This document shows, piece by piece, positions 29,520 through 39,035 of a DNA stretch of 61,089 nucleotides (positions are counted from its first letter, which is position 1; each line of letters opens with the position of its first letter). The stretch comes from a virus. Taxonomy: Duplodnaviria > Caudoviricetes. Below the pieces are notes generated by a model. The model had not been told where the DNA came from. It saw only the letters and a list, made by a program, of their open reading frames with translations, and made no database searches. The position numbers were made by a program, and so were the translations under genes. The stretch lies in the IMG/VR virus record IMGVR_UViG_3300025108_000045, positions 1 to 61,089 of that record; one strand, 5' to 3'.

Positions 29520-29529
29520 AAGAAACACC

Positions 29530-30687
29530 TCACTGCAAGTCACGGATGGAACCGCTCGCGCCAAAGAAAGAGCACCACATTTCGCCCATCGTTCGGTAAA
29601 GTCCTTCTTGACCGAGACGGTTGATTGCGAATGGGTCGCCTGTTTCGATACCGCTTTCAAAGTATTGAGTCGGGATTGCTGTTTGGAACCACATGTAATC
29701 AGTGTCAAGGTAGTACATTCTTGAGAGAGTACCAGCGCCATCAGTAGGCATATCCTTGGTTGGAATCATTGGAACACCGTTGTAAGTAGCAACAATAAAT
29801 CCTGCTTCCATACCCGGAACACCCTTCACACCGTTGTATGTAGGAGTAACGCGCTTGCTGTCCATAAATCGCTGTTGCGATTGGAGCAATTGTTGAACGC
29901 GCATCAAAGTGTCGTAGCCAGTAAGCATGACCTTTGGATTTCCACCACGGGTCCAAAGTTGTTGGAACAATCCGTCAAGTTGGTTGAGGGATAGATTGCG
30001 GTTGGTTGCGGCGGTTGAATTATCGCCTCCAACATCAACCTCAGCGGAATGCCAAGCCTCGCTACCGTCGCGAGTGATGGAGTAAATGTCGTGGTCGCTC
30101 ATAGCGCTCACCGAAGTCTGCGTGACACTCTGCACAGCAGGGTCGGATGTAAGACGGTCGAGAGATTCGAGGTTGTTACCAGCAGGAGTGTCAACATCAA
30201 CAAGAAGCATCTTGTTAATCATTTCAGCGTGATGCTTACCCATCTCTTCCTTGAGGACTTGACGAGCATCGCCAAGACCATCGTCCTTGTCGGACAAGAA
30301 CATTGCAACTTCCGATAGGTCGAAGGTGTGAGCAATCGTCTTTGGCTTGGTCGAAATGTTCTCGAATGTTGGCTTCTTGGTGTCCGGTAGTGTTCCGTTC
30401 TCGGCGATACCACCAGTCACGCCACTTTCAGCGCGAGCGGTAAGAATACGCCATCCACTGCGCTCCCATGGCTTCTTAGGAAGAATCGAGAAGGCGTTGA
30501 ACTCTTGGTTCAATTGTGACCAAACCTTTCGTCCGTAAATTGCTTGGTAAGTTCCTGCGGTGGTGGACAACAAAGGCGCGTCTGCCTTGAGAATGTCACC
30601 TGCTCCGTAGGTGTAGCCGGTTTGAGAAGCGCCACCGTAGTAGTATCGCTCCATGTCTTGAACTGTTCGTACATAATTTCTTGCCAT
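29530..30687 (-). CDS. Major capsid protein, HK97 fold (385 aa)
   Basis: Follows the protease (TGATG overlap); segments AFSILPKKPW, KPKTIAH, YNGVPMIP, YYLDTDY, LYRTMGEM resemble halovirus/magrovirus-type capsid proteins. Confidence 0.9.
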   Translation of the reverse strand: MARNYVRTVQDMERYYYGGASQTGYTYGAGDILKADAPLLSTTAGTYQAIYGRKVWSQLNQEFNAFSILPKKPWERSGWRILTARAESGVTGGIAENGTLPDTKKPTFENISTKPKTIAHTFDLSEVAMFLSDKDDGLGDARQVLKEEMGKHHAEMINKMLLVDVDTPAGNNLESLDRLTSDPAVQSVTQTSVSAMSDHDIYSITRDGSEAWHSAEVDVGGDNSTAATNRNLSLNQLDGLFQQLWTRGGNPKVMLTGYDTLMRVQQLLQSQQRFMDSKRVTPTYNGVKGVPGMEAGFIVATYNGVPMIPTKDMPTDGAGTLSRMYYLDTDYMWFQTAIPTQYFESGIETGDPFAINRLGQEGLYRTMGEMWCSFFGASGSIRDLQ

Positions 30688-32084
30688 CAGTAATCGCCTC
30701 CTGTCAACGCTTTGCTGGCAAGTCGGTGAACATCGTTCCACGACAAATCGGCCATCTCAGCGGTGTTAGGAATGGTAACGGTTGCGGTGCTTGCTGACTT
30801 TGCAATCATCGAGCCGCCGGTTGAGGAAACATTGTCGATGCGCTCATTGAGAGCAAGGACAGCCTTTTGCAATTCAACCAAAGGTGCGCGGGAATCAAAT
30901 TGAGACTTCGCGATTGCGTCAGCCTCAGCCTTTTGTTCCTTAAGGAATCGGTCTGTAAAGTGACTGTTCAAGTCAGCCTTGAAGTTCTGCTCAGTAGCCG
31001 CGGCCTTGAAGACCTCGTAAGCAGATTCGATTTCGGATTGGGAAACATTGCCGGGAGCAAGGTACTGGCTCTTGATAACAGTCTTGTTGCCGGTTGGTGC
31101 GGAACCAAAGTTCTGCTGTGGTCGCTTGCCGGAGTCGTCTTCGCCAGCGCCCTCAAGAGAACCTTGTCCTCGCATGTCAAAAGACGATTCGCCCGGTCCG
31201 TATCCCTTGTTGAAGTGGTCGCGTGCGGCGCGTGCATCGTAGCCTGCGCTCTTCACGGTGGACTCAAGCCAAACCAAGTAGTCACTCGTAATCATATCAT
31301 TTCCTTTGCTCATTTTTTCATCATCCTCTTTGTCTTTCTCGTCATCATCGGAGTATGCCATGCTTTCTTCCTCTTCGTCGTCTTCGTCGTCTTCGTCGTC
31401 GTCTCCGAACATAGGCGGCTTTGGCTTGTCTTTTTTAGGCTTCATCAAATCTTCGATGCCCTTGTTCTTTTCTTCCTTGTCTTCTTCCTTATCGTCTAAT
31501 TTCTTAGAAAGACGCTCAAGGACGCTTTGCAGTTCTGTCATCGTATTGGTCATATTCTCACCTGTATCCTCCTTAAGAATACGAAATTGCGCTTCGGGGT
31601 TAATACCCTTCTCGCAAATCGTCACTTCGTGGAGTTCCATGCGCCGAATTTCGCGGTAGTCACCGCGGGTTTGGTCGCTCTTGTTGACGCGCTCAAATGC
31701 TTGACCACCGATAGAGAACGAGCGCAGGTTCCCTTTGCGGATTTCGGAAGCCACTTCGCGTGCCTTCTCAATGTCACCACGGAGTTTGATAACAACAAAC
31801 ATGCCCGTGTCATCCACTTCCGACTTCCATAGTCGTCCGTTGGAATCAGTGTAGGAAGGAATGACCGTTCCTACTTGAATGTTAGAGTGTGCGAGTTGCA
31901 CATTGCGGAACCCTTCTGCTTTCATGAAGCCTCCGAAGGCATCTTTTAGGGCGGCGCGAGTGATTAAATCACCCTGCTTGTCAACCATTTCAACAGATGC
32001 ATAGCCTGCAACAACCAAGTCGTCCCCCATACCCTTCAAGATGATGGGTTCGGAAACCGAGGATGGAGCCGCAAGGATAGCCAT
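30687..32084 (-). CDS. Prohead protease fused to an acidic scaffold domain (465 aa)
   Basis: VAGYASVEMVDKQGD, catalytic-like His (QLAHS) and Ser (RSFSIGG), ELHEVTIC...INPEA; acidic helical C-terminal half. Likely start MAILAA. Confidence 0.9.
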   Translation of the reverse strand: MAILAAPSSVSEPIILKGMGDDLVVAGYASVEMVDKQGDLITRAALKDAFGGFMKAEGFRNVQLAHSNIQVGTVIPSYTDSNGRLWKSEVDDTGMFVVIKLRGDIEKAREVASEIRKGNLRSFSIGGQAFERVNKSDQTRGDYREIRRMELHEVTICEKGINPEAQFRILKEDTGENMTNTMTELQSVLERLSKKLDDKEEDKEEKNKGIEDLMKPKKDKPKPPMFGDDDEDDEDDEEEESMAYSDDDEKDKEDDEKMSKGNDMITSDYLVWLESTVKSAGYDARAARDHFNKGYGPGESSFDMRGQGSLEGAGEDDSGKRPQQNFGSAPTGNKTVIKSQYLAPGNVSQSEIESAYEVFKAAATEQNFKADLNSHFTDRFLKEQKAEADAIAKSQFDSRAPLVELQKAVLALNERIDNVSSTGGSMIAKSASTATVTIPNTAEMADLSWNDVHRLASKALTGGDY

Positions 32085-32108
32085 TGACTTCGCGATTTTC
32101 ATTCATGG

Positions 32109-32116
32109 TATATGAA
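32109..32116 (-). promoter_or_regulatory. Putative TATA box (TTCATATA) for the protease-capsid operon
   Basis: Begins 32 nt upstream of an ATG with no SD. Confidence 0.5.
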
Positions 32117-32123
32117 TGGAACC

Positions 32124-35100
32124 CTACCTTAGAGCGATGACACCATCATCTTCAAGAACTGCTTCTTCACCCTCACTGCTTAGCAGTCTCTTGGTTTTCT
32201 TTGAAGTAGCAGGCTTCTCGTCACTTTCTTCGCGAGCCGCAGGGTCGAAGTCGGGGAGCGTATTGTCATTGATGTTTTGAGTAGGCCCGCGCGGGTGTTC
32301 ATCGGGTGTTGCATAACCAATACCCAATCCTTGCACACCTGTGCTGGTGATTTTTTCTTTGGACAAATGTTCTAATCCGCGCTCCATCAATTCAAGTCCA
32401 CGCTTGATAATCTCTTCTTCCTCGTCAAGAACCTTTTTTGGTTTCTTCACATGTCCAGCAGGTTTTTCGGGATTCACTTCATCGTATTCGGGTTCACCCT
32501 CTTCTTCCTTGAGTAAAAGAGCGGCTTGATACTCCCAATACACCTGTTGGTCTTCGGCTAAACGAACGAGATATTCGTTACCCCATGTAGTGGTTTGAGG
32601 TTCAACAAACCAAAGACCTTCTTCTTCGCGCGTTTTACAAATAACATCATCGTCAAAAGCAGGGAAGTTGATTATGATTTTACCTTTCTTGAGCGCTACG
32701 CGCTGAGCGACATGTTGCTCACCTGTGAGAATTGTAAGGGTTTCAACGCTGTCGGATGCGAGAGGTTCGTTGTCCGTAATCTTCGCGGCGCGTATGCGAT
32801 AAACAGGGTGTTCTCCTTTCGACGCACTCACTCCTGTGCAACGAACTGTTGCAAAATCCCCCGCCTTCAAACCACGCGGTCCTTTCGCGTTACCTACCAT
32901 CATGTAATGCTCACCTTCGTACTCCTGCGCGCGCTTACCATAATGTTCGGGATGCATGAGGGGTCCTACTCCAACAGTGTAATTCTTGCCGGTGCGTGAA
33001 AGTATGATAACATCAACCATCTTTTCTTTGCTAAGCAACACCCATTTAGGATGACGAGGTTCACCCTTCATGTAAGTCGCGTTCGCATCGCGGAGAAGAA
33101 TGTCAATGTTCTGCTCACCTCGCAGTCCTTCAATAGCGGTCTGCAATCCTTCCTCATCGCTACGCTTGGTGTTGATAGGTTCGGGCATCTTGATGTGTTC
33201 ACTGGATTCGTATTGAGCGCGAAGATGACGGATGCGGTCCTTAGCAGGCATGTTGTGAGTATCTTCATCCGCCGTCTTTAGCAAATCAATGACTGTCATG
33301 ATGCCGTCATGAAGAATCGCGTGGACTACAAAGTCCTTCTCATACACTTTGTCTTTTTCTTGCACAATTGCTTCATCCAGTTCAACTTCACCGTTAGCAC
33401 CGTATGCAGTCATCTTCTTTCCTTTTTTTGTCACGATGACATGTTCTCCTTGAGGATAAAGCGTGATGACCCAATCGCCTGTAAATCCGCGCAAATGTTG
33501 CATGTCTTCTAAACTGAAAATACGATGCATGAATTTGACCGGAGGTGGACGACCTTCGTCTTTGAAAATGAGTGAGTCGTCTATGAGAACATCGGAAGAA
33601 GCCAGTTTGGGGTCCGTGAGGTCATTCGCGCTTGCCGCTTGATTTTGAAAAGTGGTCTGTTGCCCCATGGAATTGTCCATACCGTATGTGTGAGGTTGAA
33701 GGAGTGGATTAACATCAAGCAACGCGTCTCGCGATACTGGCAGTTGCACGCGCTGATTGTTCGGTGAGCAATTGGGTGAAACCTCATTTGATTGAAAAAT
33801 GAAGTTACCTTGACGAAGCGAGTCTTTGTTGATGGTGTGTGGTACATGCACGGAACGACCGTGGCTCTTCATGTATTCTCTGCTCGTCAGTACAGGCACA
33901 AGTTTAGCGTTATCGAAAGAATCCCCGCCAAAATTCAATTGAGTTTTTGGTTTGAGAACGCTCATACCACCCCTCTCCACAGTATCATCACCAAGAGCGT
34001 GAGCCAACAATCGCATCTTATTGTAGCGCGTGGTTAAGTCCTTTTTACTACCTTGCGGGAAAACTTTCTTCTCCATAGGACCCGTGGTCATTCGGACACC
34101 GTGTCCCAAAATGTCTCTGTTGCTACCACCCGCGGTATGCTCAAACATGTGATTCATCACCTCAGTGATGGCGTTGAACTCATCATTCATCGACATTGTG
34201 TCTCCGTTGTATGACACTGAGTTCCCGCCATGTAAGAAATTTTCATCATCATCTTCTTCTCTAAATGCATTGTGTAAACCACCTTGGGCGTGAAGAATCA
34301 TCTTGCGACCCGTACCGGATAGCAACAACCTATGCGCGTCTTTAGGATTCTTGATTAAATCAAGGTGGCTATCAACATACCTACGCCCCTTTCGCCCCTT
34401 ATTCGTCACTGCCGAAGGTGCTTCCTTCGCGACTGGTTTTTCAAGACGGTTGTGAGTGTAATAGCGCGCCATGAAAGCATCCTCGAAAGAGATGTTTTGC
34501 TTCTTCGCGGCTTCGCTGATTTCTTTAATAACATCGTTAAAGACGCTCAGTGATGCTTTGTCTGTCCCGTGCTTAGCGTAAACATGAGATGCTACTTCAT
34601 GCCCTTTGACATGTTCGGGGAAGAAGTCCGAGAGATTGCGATACTCCCCTCGCTTACCATAAGTTGGTCTTTCAACCTTCAATTGGTTGATACGCTTCAA
34701 TGTCTCTTTGTCAATGTATTGACTCATGCTACCGAAACTACCGGCTCCATGCGCCGTGATACCGTGAGTCGGAGGCTTATCTTCTTGTTCGTTTGAATAG
34801 CACAACTTTTCACGCTGTGTTGGTGTAAGATTTATCGCGATGTATTCAGCGATATGCATTCCATAAGCAGTTGCATTCCACGCGTCGTTGTTGTCCTTGT
34901 CACTCATACCTTCTTTACCGAAGATGCCGGGGAAGTGATGCTCATAGGCTGGCTTGACAATGCTGTTAAAAATTTCTTTGGTCACATCATGCGTCTGTCG
35001 CGCTATCTGTGAATGGTCTTGGATTGGCTTCGTCGCGTCTCCTTCGCTGATGTGAGGTTGTAAATCATTGATTTTACCGTAAAGCAAGTCGCGTTTTGCA

Positions 35101-37964
35101 TCATCATTCTCGTATGCAATTTGATGAACGAGTTCACTTTTGTGCGCTAAAGCGAGAGTGGATGTGTCGGGGGCTATCACATATTCTTGACCGTGTTGGT
35201 CAAATCCAAAAGGCGTGACATTTCCTTCTTCGTTTAGATAATCTTTCAATCGCTTGTCCAATTTTGACGCTTTAGAGGTCTTCGGCTTGATTCCCTCGTT
35301 AGCCATGATTTCTCGCTTGACTTGTTTGGTAGTAAGAGCACCATGAACGAGAGATTCGGGTGCGTAAAATTCACCTCTCTTTATCGCGTCAATGTATTTT
35401 TGATATTCTTCAACTGTGTAAAACGAAGAAGTTTGAGTCCCTTGGGTATCGACTGCGCCAGCCAACTCACGATGAATTTGGTGAGCGCTTCGTCCTTGAT
35501 TTGTCGGGTCGCTTCGTCGCGAAGAACGATAAACACCGCTCTTCCATTGGGACAATGATTCATCGTCTCGCAAATCAATTGGTTCGTGGAAGCCAAAAAG
35601 ACCTATGGGGATTTTGAGTGTGTGTTCGGGCTTGGTCTTATCATAATCAAGACGCTTAATTTTATCGCCTCTCAAGTGTTCACTGTCAAATAATTTTTCA
35701 TGCCCCTTATTGTGTGCATTAGCGCGCAACAGTTGAATTTCGGACAATGGGTGATTTGATACTAAATCATGCGATTGATGCAAGCCATCCATCCCTAAAA
35801 TGTGTGTTATGTCGAGGGGGTCGGCCATGTAATGCGATTCCGCTCCGATGAACGGTGCGAGCGTGTCACTTGATGGTACGCGCGGACGAGGCATGTCTTT
35901 AGTGAAGGCTTCCATATCCCTGTCGGGGACCAGCGCGCGACTTGCCGCGGCTGGATTCTTAACATCTTGCATGTCAACAAACACTTCTTTGTTGTTCTTG
36001 AACTCGGATTCCATCTCAAGAACCTCACCTTCAGTGTACCCGTTCTTCTTTGCAATTGATTTTAACCGAGCGAGATTCTGTTCATCAAGGGCTTCATCGC
36101 CAACCATTTTGAATGAGTCGCGCAACTTTTCCTTTTTGCGACCCTTCTTTGGTCCTTCTTGAGTCCCTTCTTTCCTATCGGGGAAGTCTTGGCGGAAGGA
36201 GGGGACGATGAGACGCTCCTGTTCACCCTCTTGACCTCTCAAAGTATCAAACCAAACACCCGGCATTGCCTTATCGCGCAAGTATCCAAAATCATCAAAT
36301 TCTTCGTTTTGATTTCCGTGAGCGCCCATGGATTCTGTCATTATCCCTAACACAGTCTCTTCATCCTTCGCGTCCTTCGGGTCACTCCAATCTTCGGGAT
36401 AATTGCGAGTGTAATGAAGGTCATTCATAGACTCCATCATCAAATCCATCTTACCTTGAATCGCCACGGCTTCACCTGCTTTTTGAGCAAAGTCGTTGAG
36501 AAGTTCTTCACCAGCACTGCCGTTGAAAAATCCATCATCGAGCAGTGTTTTGAAATCGGGTATTTCGTCAGTCATTTCAATATATTCTGTACCAAAAAGT
36601 TCGTCAACGATACGATGAGGGTAAGCACCTTGGCCCGTTATATCCAAACCTTGCTCCGCCGCGTACTCATTAACCAGTTCGGAGAAATCTAAACTTTGTA
36701 GCAAACTATCTTGGAAGCCTTCAATGTCTTTCAAGCGCCGACCTTTCTTGATATTGTCAGCCATTTGGCTTGCGTACTCTTTTGGGGATTGCTCAAGTTT
36801 TCGTCTTAGGTCACTGTCCATCCTGTAACGATTAGGAGCCATGTGAGAACTACCCGTTTTCAATGCTCCACCAGCATAAGAATGGCGCAATGCAGTGTTG
36901 AAGACGCGACCGTGAAGCGCCATGTAAGAGCCGACCTCAGTGTTGCCGTTTGTTATGCGATTCAGTTCTTTTTGGCTTTTAGCCCCTGTCAACTTCCAAT
37001 GAGTAATGTCGCGTATCATATCATTCGGTAGCATGTAAACGCCATCGCGGTATGCGTCAATTCCAATGCGTTCGCGTGAAGGGTACACCCAACGCCCATC
37101 TTCGGTTTTGATAGCCTTGTTTTCTGCTACAACTTTACTCAAAATTTTACCAGCATCGTTCTTAGGTTTCCCGCTCTCATCGAACCCCTGTCTCATGATA
37201 TAATCGCGAGGTAACCCTTCATTCTCCCACTGTTTGGCCCAAACGAAAAACTCTTTCAAATGATTTTTCTGTTGAGGAAATTTGTTTTCATAATCCTTTT
37301 TGAAATCTTGAAAACCTATGTCAAACATCTTCTCAATGTTGAAATTGTTGCCGCTCCAAGCGCCAAGCAGGTTGTCTTTCTTCAAAGTAGGATGCAACTT
37401 CTTCGCGGCCTTTATCATCGCCTTGTTGAAATCGCTTGCTCTTCCGCGCGAAAACATCTTCCTCATCAATTGATGAAGGATTGGTATGCTTTCATAAGAC
37501 ACATCGTTGCCATAATTTGGAAACAAACCCATAGCGTGAATTGGATGGTGTGGTGTGTCAATAATTTCATGGTGTTCGTTATTCGGACGCGTTTCGTGCC
37601 TCCACGCTGTTGCATCGCGGACCATCTCATCTATGGCGTTCAAATTGCCTTCTTCAATCGCCTTCTCCAATTGCTCCTTTGTGAACAAACGAACGGCTGT
37701 ATGTTGAGGATGAGGGGCAGGTTCATGACTTGTGGAGCGCGCTCGAATGGTTTTTGACTCTTCAAAGGCTGTTGGTTTAATCATCGTTGCGAGATACTCG
37801 TTTGCTTCTTTACGAAGTGGAGCATAGGTGATGCCGTGGTTGAATAGGTTCTGTGCGCTAAAGAGAACATCCGCCGCTTCGTTGCGAGCGTCAGCGCCTT
37901 TGACTAAAGCATCATAAAAGTCGTTGATGACTCTCGCGTGATATTGTGAAGCGTTTTCCCGCAC
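32124..37964 (-). CDS. 1946-aa head-associated protein with a C-terminal degenerate ATP-dependent DNA ligase-like domain
   Basis: GTG start after GAGGTGA. Region 32508-33560 follows ligase motif order (WVITLYPQGEH, FVVHAIL, IDLL, DILLRD...YMKG...KWVLL, then an OB fold). Confidence 0.75.
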   Translation of the reverse strand: MRENASQYHARVINDFYDALVKGADARNEAADVLFSAQNLFNHGITYAPLRKEANEYLATMIKPTAFEESKTIRARSTSHEPAPHPQHTAVRLFTKEQLEKAIEEGNLNAIDEMVRDATAWRHETRPNNEHHEIIDTPHHPIHAMGLFPNYGNDVSYESIPILHQLMRKMFSRGRASDFNKAMIKAAKKLHPTLKKDNLLGAWSGNNFNIEKMFDIGFQDFKKDYENKFPQQKNHLKEFFVWAKQWENEGLPRDYIMRQGFDESGKPKNDAGKILSKVVAENKAIKTEDGRWVYPSRERIGIDAYRDGVYMLPNDMIRDITHWKLTGAKSQKELNRITNGNTEVGSYMALHGRVFNTALRHSYAGGALKTGSSHMAPNRYRMDSDLRRKLEQSPKEYASQMADNIKKGRRLKDIEGFQDSLLQSLDFSELVNEYAAEQGLDITGQGAYPHRIVDELFGTEYIEMTDEIPDFKTLLDDGFFNGSAGEELLNDFAQKAGEAVAIQGKMDLMMESMNDLHYTRNYPEDWSDPKDAKDEETVLGIMTESMGAHGNQNEEFDDFGYLRDKAMPGVWFDTLRGQEGEQERLIVPSFRQDFPDRKEGTQEGPKKGRKKEKLRDSFKMVGDEALDEQNLARLKSIAKKNGYTEGEVLEMESEFKNNKEVFVDMQDVKNPAAASRALVPDRDMEAFTKDMPRPRVPSSDTLAPFIGAESHYMADPLDITHILGMDGLHQSHDLVSNHPLSEIQLLRANAHNKGHEKLFDSEHLRGDKIKRLDYDKTKPEHTLKIPIGLFGFHEPIDLRDDESLSQWKSGVYRSSRRSDPTNQGRSAHQIHRELAGAVDTQGTQTSSFYTVEEYQKYIDAIKRGEFYAPESLVHGALTTKQVKREIMANEGIKPKTSKASKLDKRLKDYLNEEGNVTPFGFDQHGQEYVIAPDTSTLALAHKSELVHQIAYENDDAKRDLLYGKINDLQPHISEGDATKPIQDHSQIARQTHDVTKEIFNSIVKPAYEHHFPGIFGKEGMSDKDNNDAWNATAYGMHIAEYIAINLTPTQREKLCYSNEQEDKPPTHGITAHGAGSFGSMSQYIDKETLKRINQLKVERPTYGKRGEYRNLSDFFPEHVKGHEVASHVYAKHGTDKASLSVFNDVIKEISEAAKKQNISFEDAFMARYYTHNRLEKPVAKEAPSAVTNKGRKGRRYVDSHLDLIKNPKDAHRLLLSGTGRKMILHAQGGLHNAFREEDDDENFLHGGNSVSYNGDTMSMNDEFNAITEVMNHMFEHTAGGSNRDILGHGVRMTTGPMEKKVFPQGSKKDLTTRYNKMRLLAHALGDDTVERGGMSVLKPKTQLNFGGDSFDNAKLVPVLTSREYMKSHGRSVHVPHTINKDSLRQGNFIFQSNEVSPNCSPNNQRVQLPVSRDALLDVNPLLQPHTYGMDNSMGQQTTFQNQAASANDLTDPKLASSDVLIDDSLIFKDEGRPPPVKFMHRIFSLEDMQHLRGFTGDWVITLYPQGEHVIVTKKGKKMTAYGANGEVELDEAIVQEKDKVYEKDFVVHAILHDGIMTVIDLLKTADEDTHNMPAKDRIRHLRAQYESSEHIKMPEPINTKRSDEEGLQTAIEGLRGEQNIDILLRDANATYMKGEPRHPKWVLLSKEKMVDVIILSRTGKNYTVGVGPLMHPEHYGKRAQEYEGEHYMMVGNAKGPRGLKAGDFATVRCTGVSASKGEHPVYRIRAAKITDNEPLASDSVETLTILTGEQHVAQRVALKKGKIIINFPAFDDDVICKTREEEGLWFVEPQTTTWGNEYLVRLAEDQQVYWEYQAALLLKEEEGEPEYDEVNPEKPAGHVKKPKKVLDEEEEIIKRGLELMERGLEHLSKEKITSTGVQGLGIGYATPDEHPRGPTQNINDNTLPDFDPAAREESDEKPATSKKTKRLLSSEGEEAVLEDDGVIALR

Positions 37965-37973
37965 ACGCTCACC

Positions 37974-38321
37974 TCAAAGATAATCGGTGAGGTTGTATGC
38001 TCCTGTTGGGTGTCCTTCGCCGCCAGCCTTGTTTTCATGTGCTTCCAAAGCATTCTCATGAGGGTTCGCGTTTTTGAACTTGACCTCTTCTTTCTTAGGA
38101 GCGGTCTTCTTTTTGTCTTCAACCTTAATCATTCTTTGATTGGTATCGTAATAGCCAGTCTTGACTGGTTCAACGCCAGTTACTTCGCTGAATAAATCAG
38201 CGTGTTCCGAACCAAAATCCTTGGTTTCTTTGTCAACTTTAGCAATCAATTCATTTGCTTTTTGAATTGCTTCATCAACATCGGGCGCAAACTTACCTGC
38301 TTCAACTTTCATTGGCTTCAT
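37974..38321 (-). CDS. Hypothetical head-region protein (115 aa)
   Basis: Coupled ORF with GGAGG SD. Confidence 0.7.
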   Translation of the reverse strand: MKPMKVEAGKFAPDVDEAIQKANELIAKVDKETKDFGSEHADLFSEVTGVEPVKTGYYDTNQRMIKVEDKKKTAPKKEEVKFKNANPHENALEAHENKAGGEGHPTGAYNLTDYL

Positions 38322-38662
38322 TGGTCAATCCTCCTTCCTTCTGCTTCTGCGGCTGTATTAGCCATCGCGTGAATTTGACTCCAATCCATATCATGCCATT
38401 CTTCATTTGATGCTGGCATGTTCATGCCTGCATCGTCAATAGCATTAGCGGCTTTGGAAATAACATCTTCGCGGTCACCACGGAGTGGGTCGCCCCACAC
38501 ATCTTCGTTAGCAGGAGTATTTGCTCGGACAAACCCTGCGCGCTTGAGTAGTCTCATTGGAGAATCCATACTCTTGCGCATGGATACAATCTCAGCATCC
38601 ATAGATTCCATTTTGCTGATGAGCGCTTTCATCAACACCATAGCATCGGTGTCGTCGCTCAT
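38318..38662 (-). CDS. Scaffold-like protein sharing the scaffold C-terminal motif (114 aa)
   Basis: N-terminal coiled coil; C-terminal PASNEEWHDMDWSQIHAMA resembles PNTAEMADLSWNDVHRLA of the protease-scaffold. Confidence 0.6.
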   Translation of the reverse strand: MSDDTDAMVLMKALISKMESMDAEIVSMRKSMDSPMRLLKRAGFVRANTPANEDVWGDPLRGDREDVISKAANAIDDAGMNMPASNEEWHDMDWSQIHAMANTAAEAEGRRIDQ

Positions 38663-38664
38663 CT

Positions 38665-39003
38665 TCACACCTGTCCTTGCTTCTTGAAGATTCCACCAAC
38701 GCGGTCGGGACCAATGTATCCCATCGGTCGGCTACCCTTAGCGATAACACCCTGTGTGCTATTGAATTGCATCACAGGCGCTCCGCCAGCGTATCGGTCA
38801 TTTACACCAAGAATGCGGTCACCGCCATTCTCGGACTTGTAAATTTGAGTCACATCGTCAGCGAGGAAGTCGCTGGTTGTTTGAATACTGCGTAAGAATT
38901 GTTCGGCTGAAACAAGGTCGTTATTGGCAAGCGCGACTTTGAACTCCGACAGTGCGGATTCGAGTTTTCGTACCATTGGGTCCATCTTTGTAAGGAGGCT
39001 CAT
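38665..39003 (-). CDS. Hypothetical head-region protein (112 aa)
   Basis: First gene after the portal, with its own TATA-like box. Confidence 0.7.
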   Translation of the reverse strand: MSLLTKMDPMVRKLESALSEFKVALANNDLVSAEQFLRSIQTTSDFLADDVTQIYKSENGGDRILGVNDRYAGGAPVMQFNSTQGVIAKGSRPMGYIGPDRVGGIFKKQGQV

Positions 39004-39027
39004 GGCTCCGACGAAGACGCATCACCA

Positions 39028-39035
39028 CTTTAACC
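39028..39035 (-). promoter_or_regulatory. Putative TATA-like box (GGTTAAAG)
   Basis: The TT lies 30 nt upstream of ATG 39003. Confidence 0.45.

Noticed and set aside
32124-37964. Annotation as a functional DNA ligase
   Set aside because: The motif I Lys and other catalytic residues are substituted.
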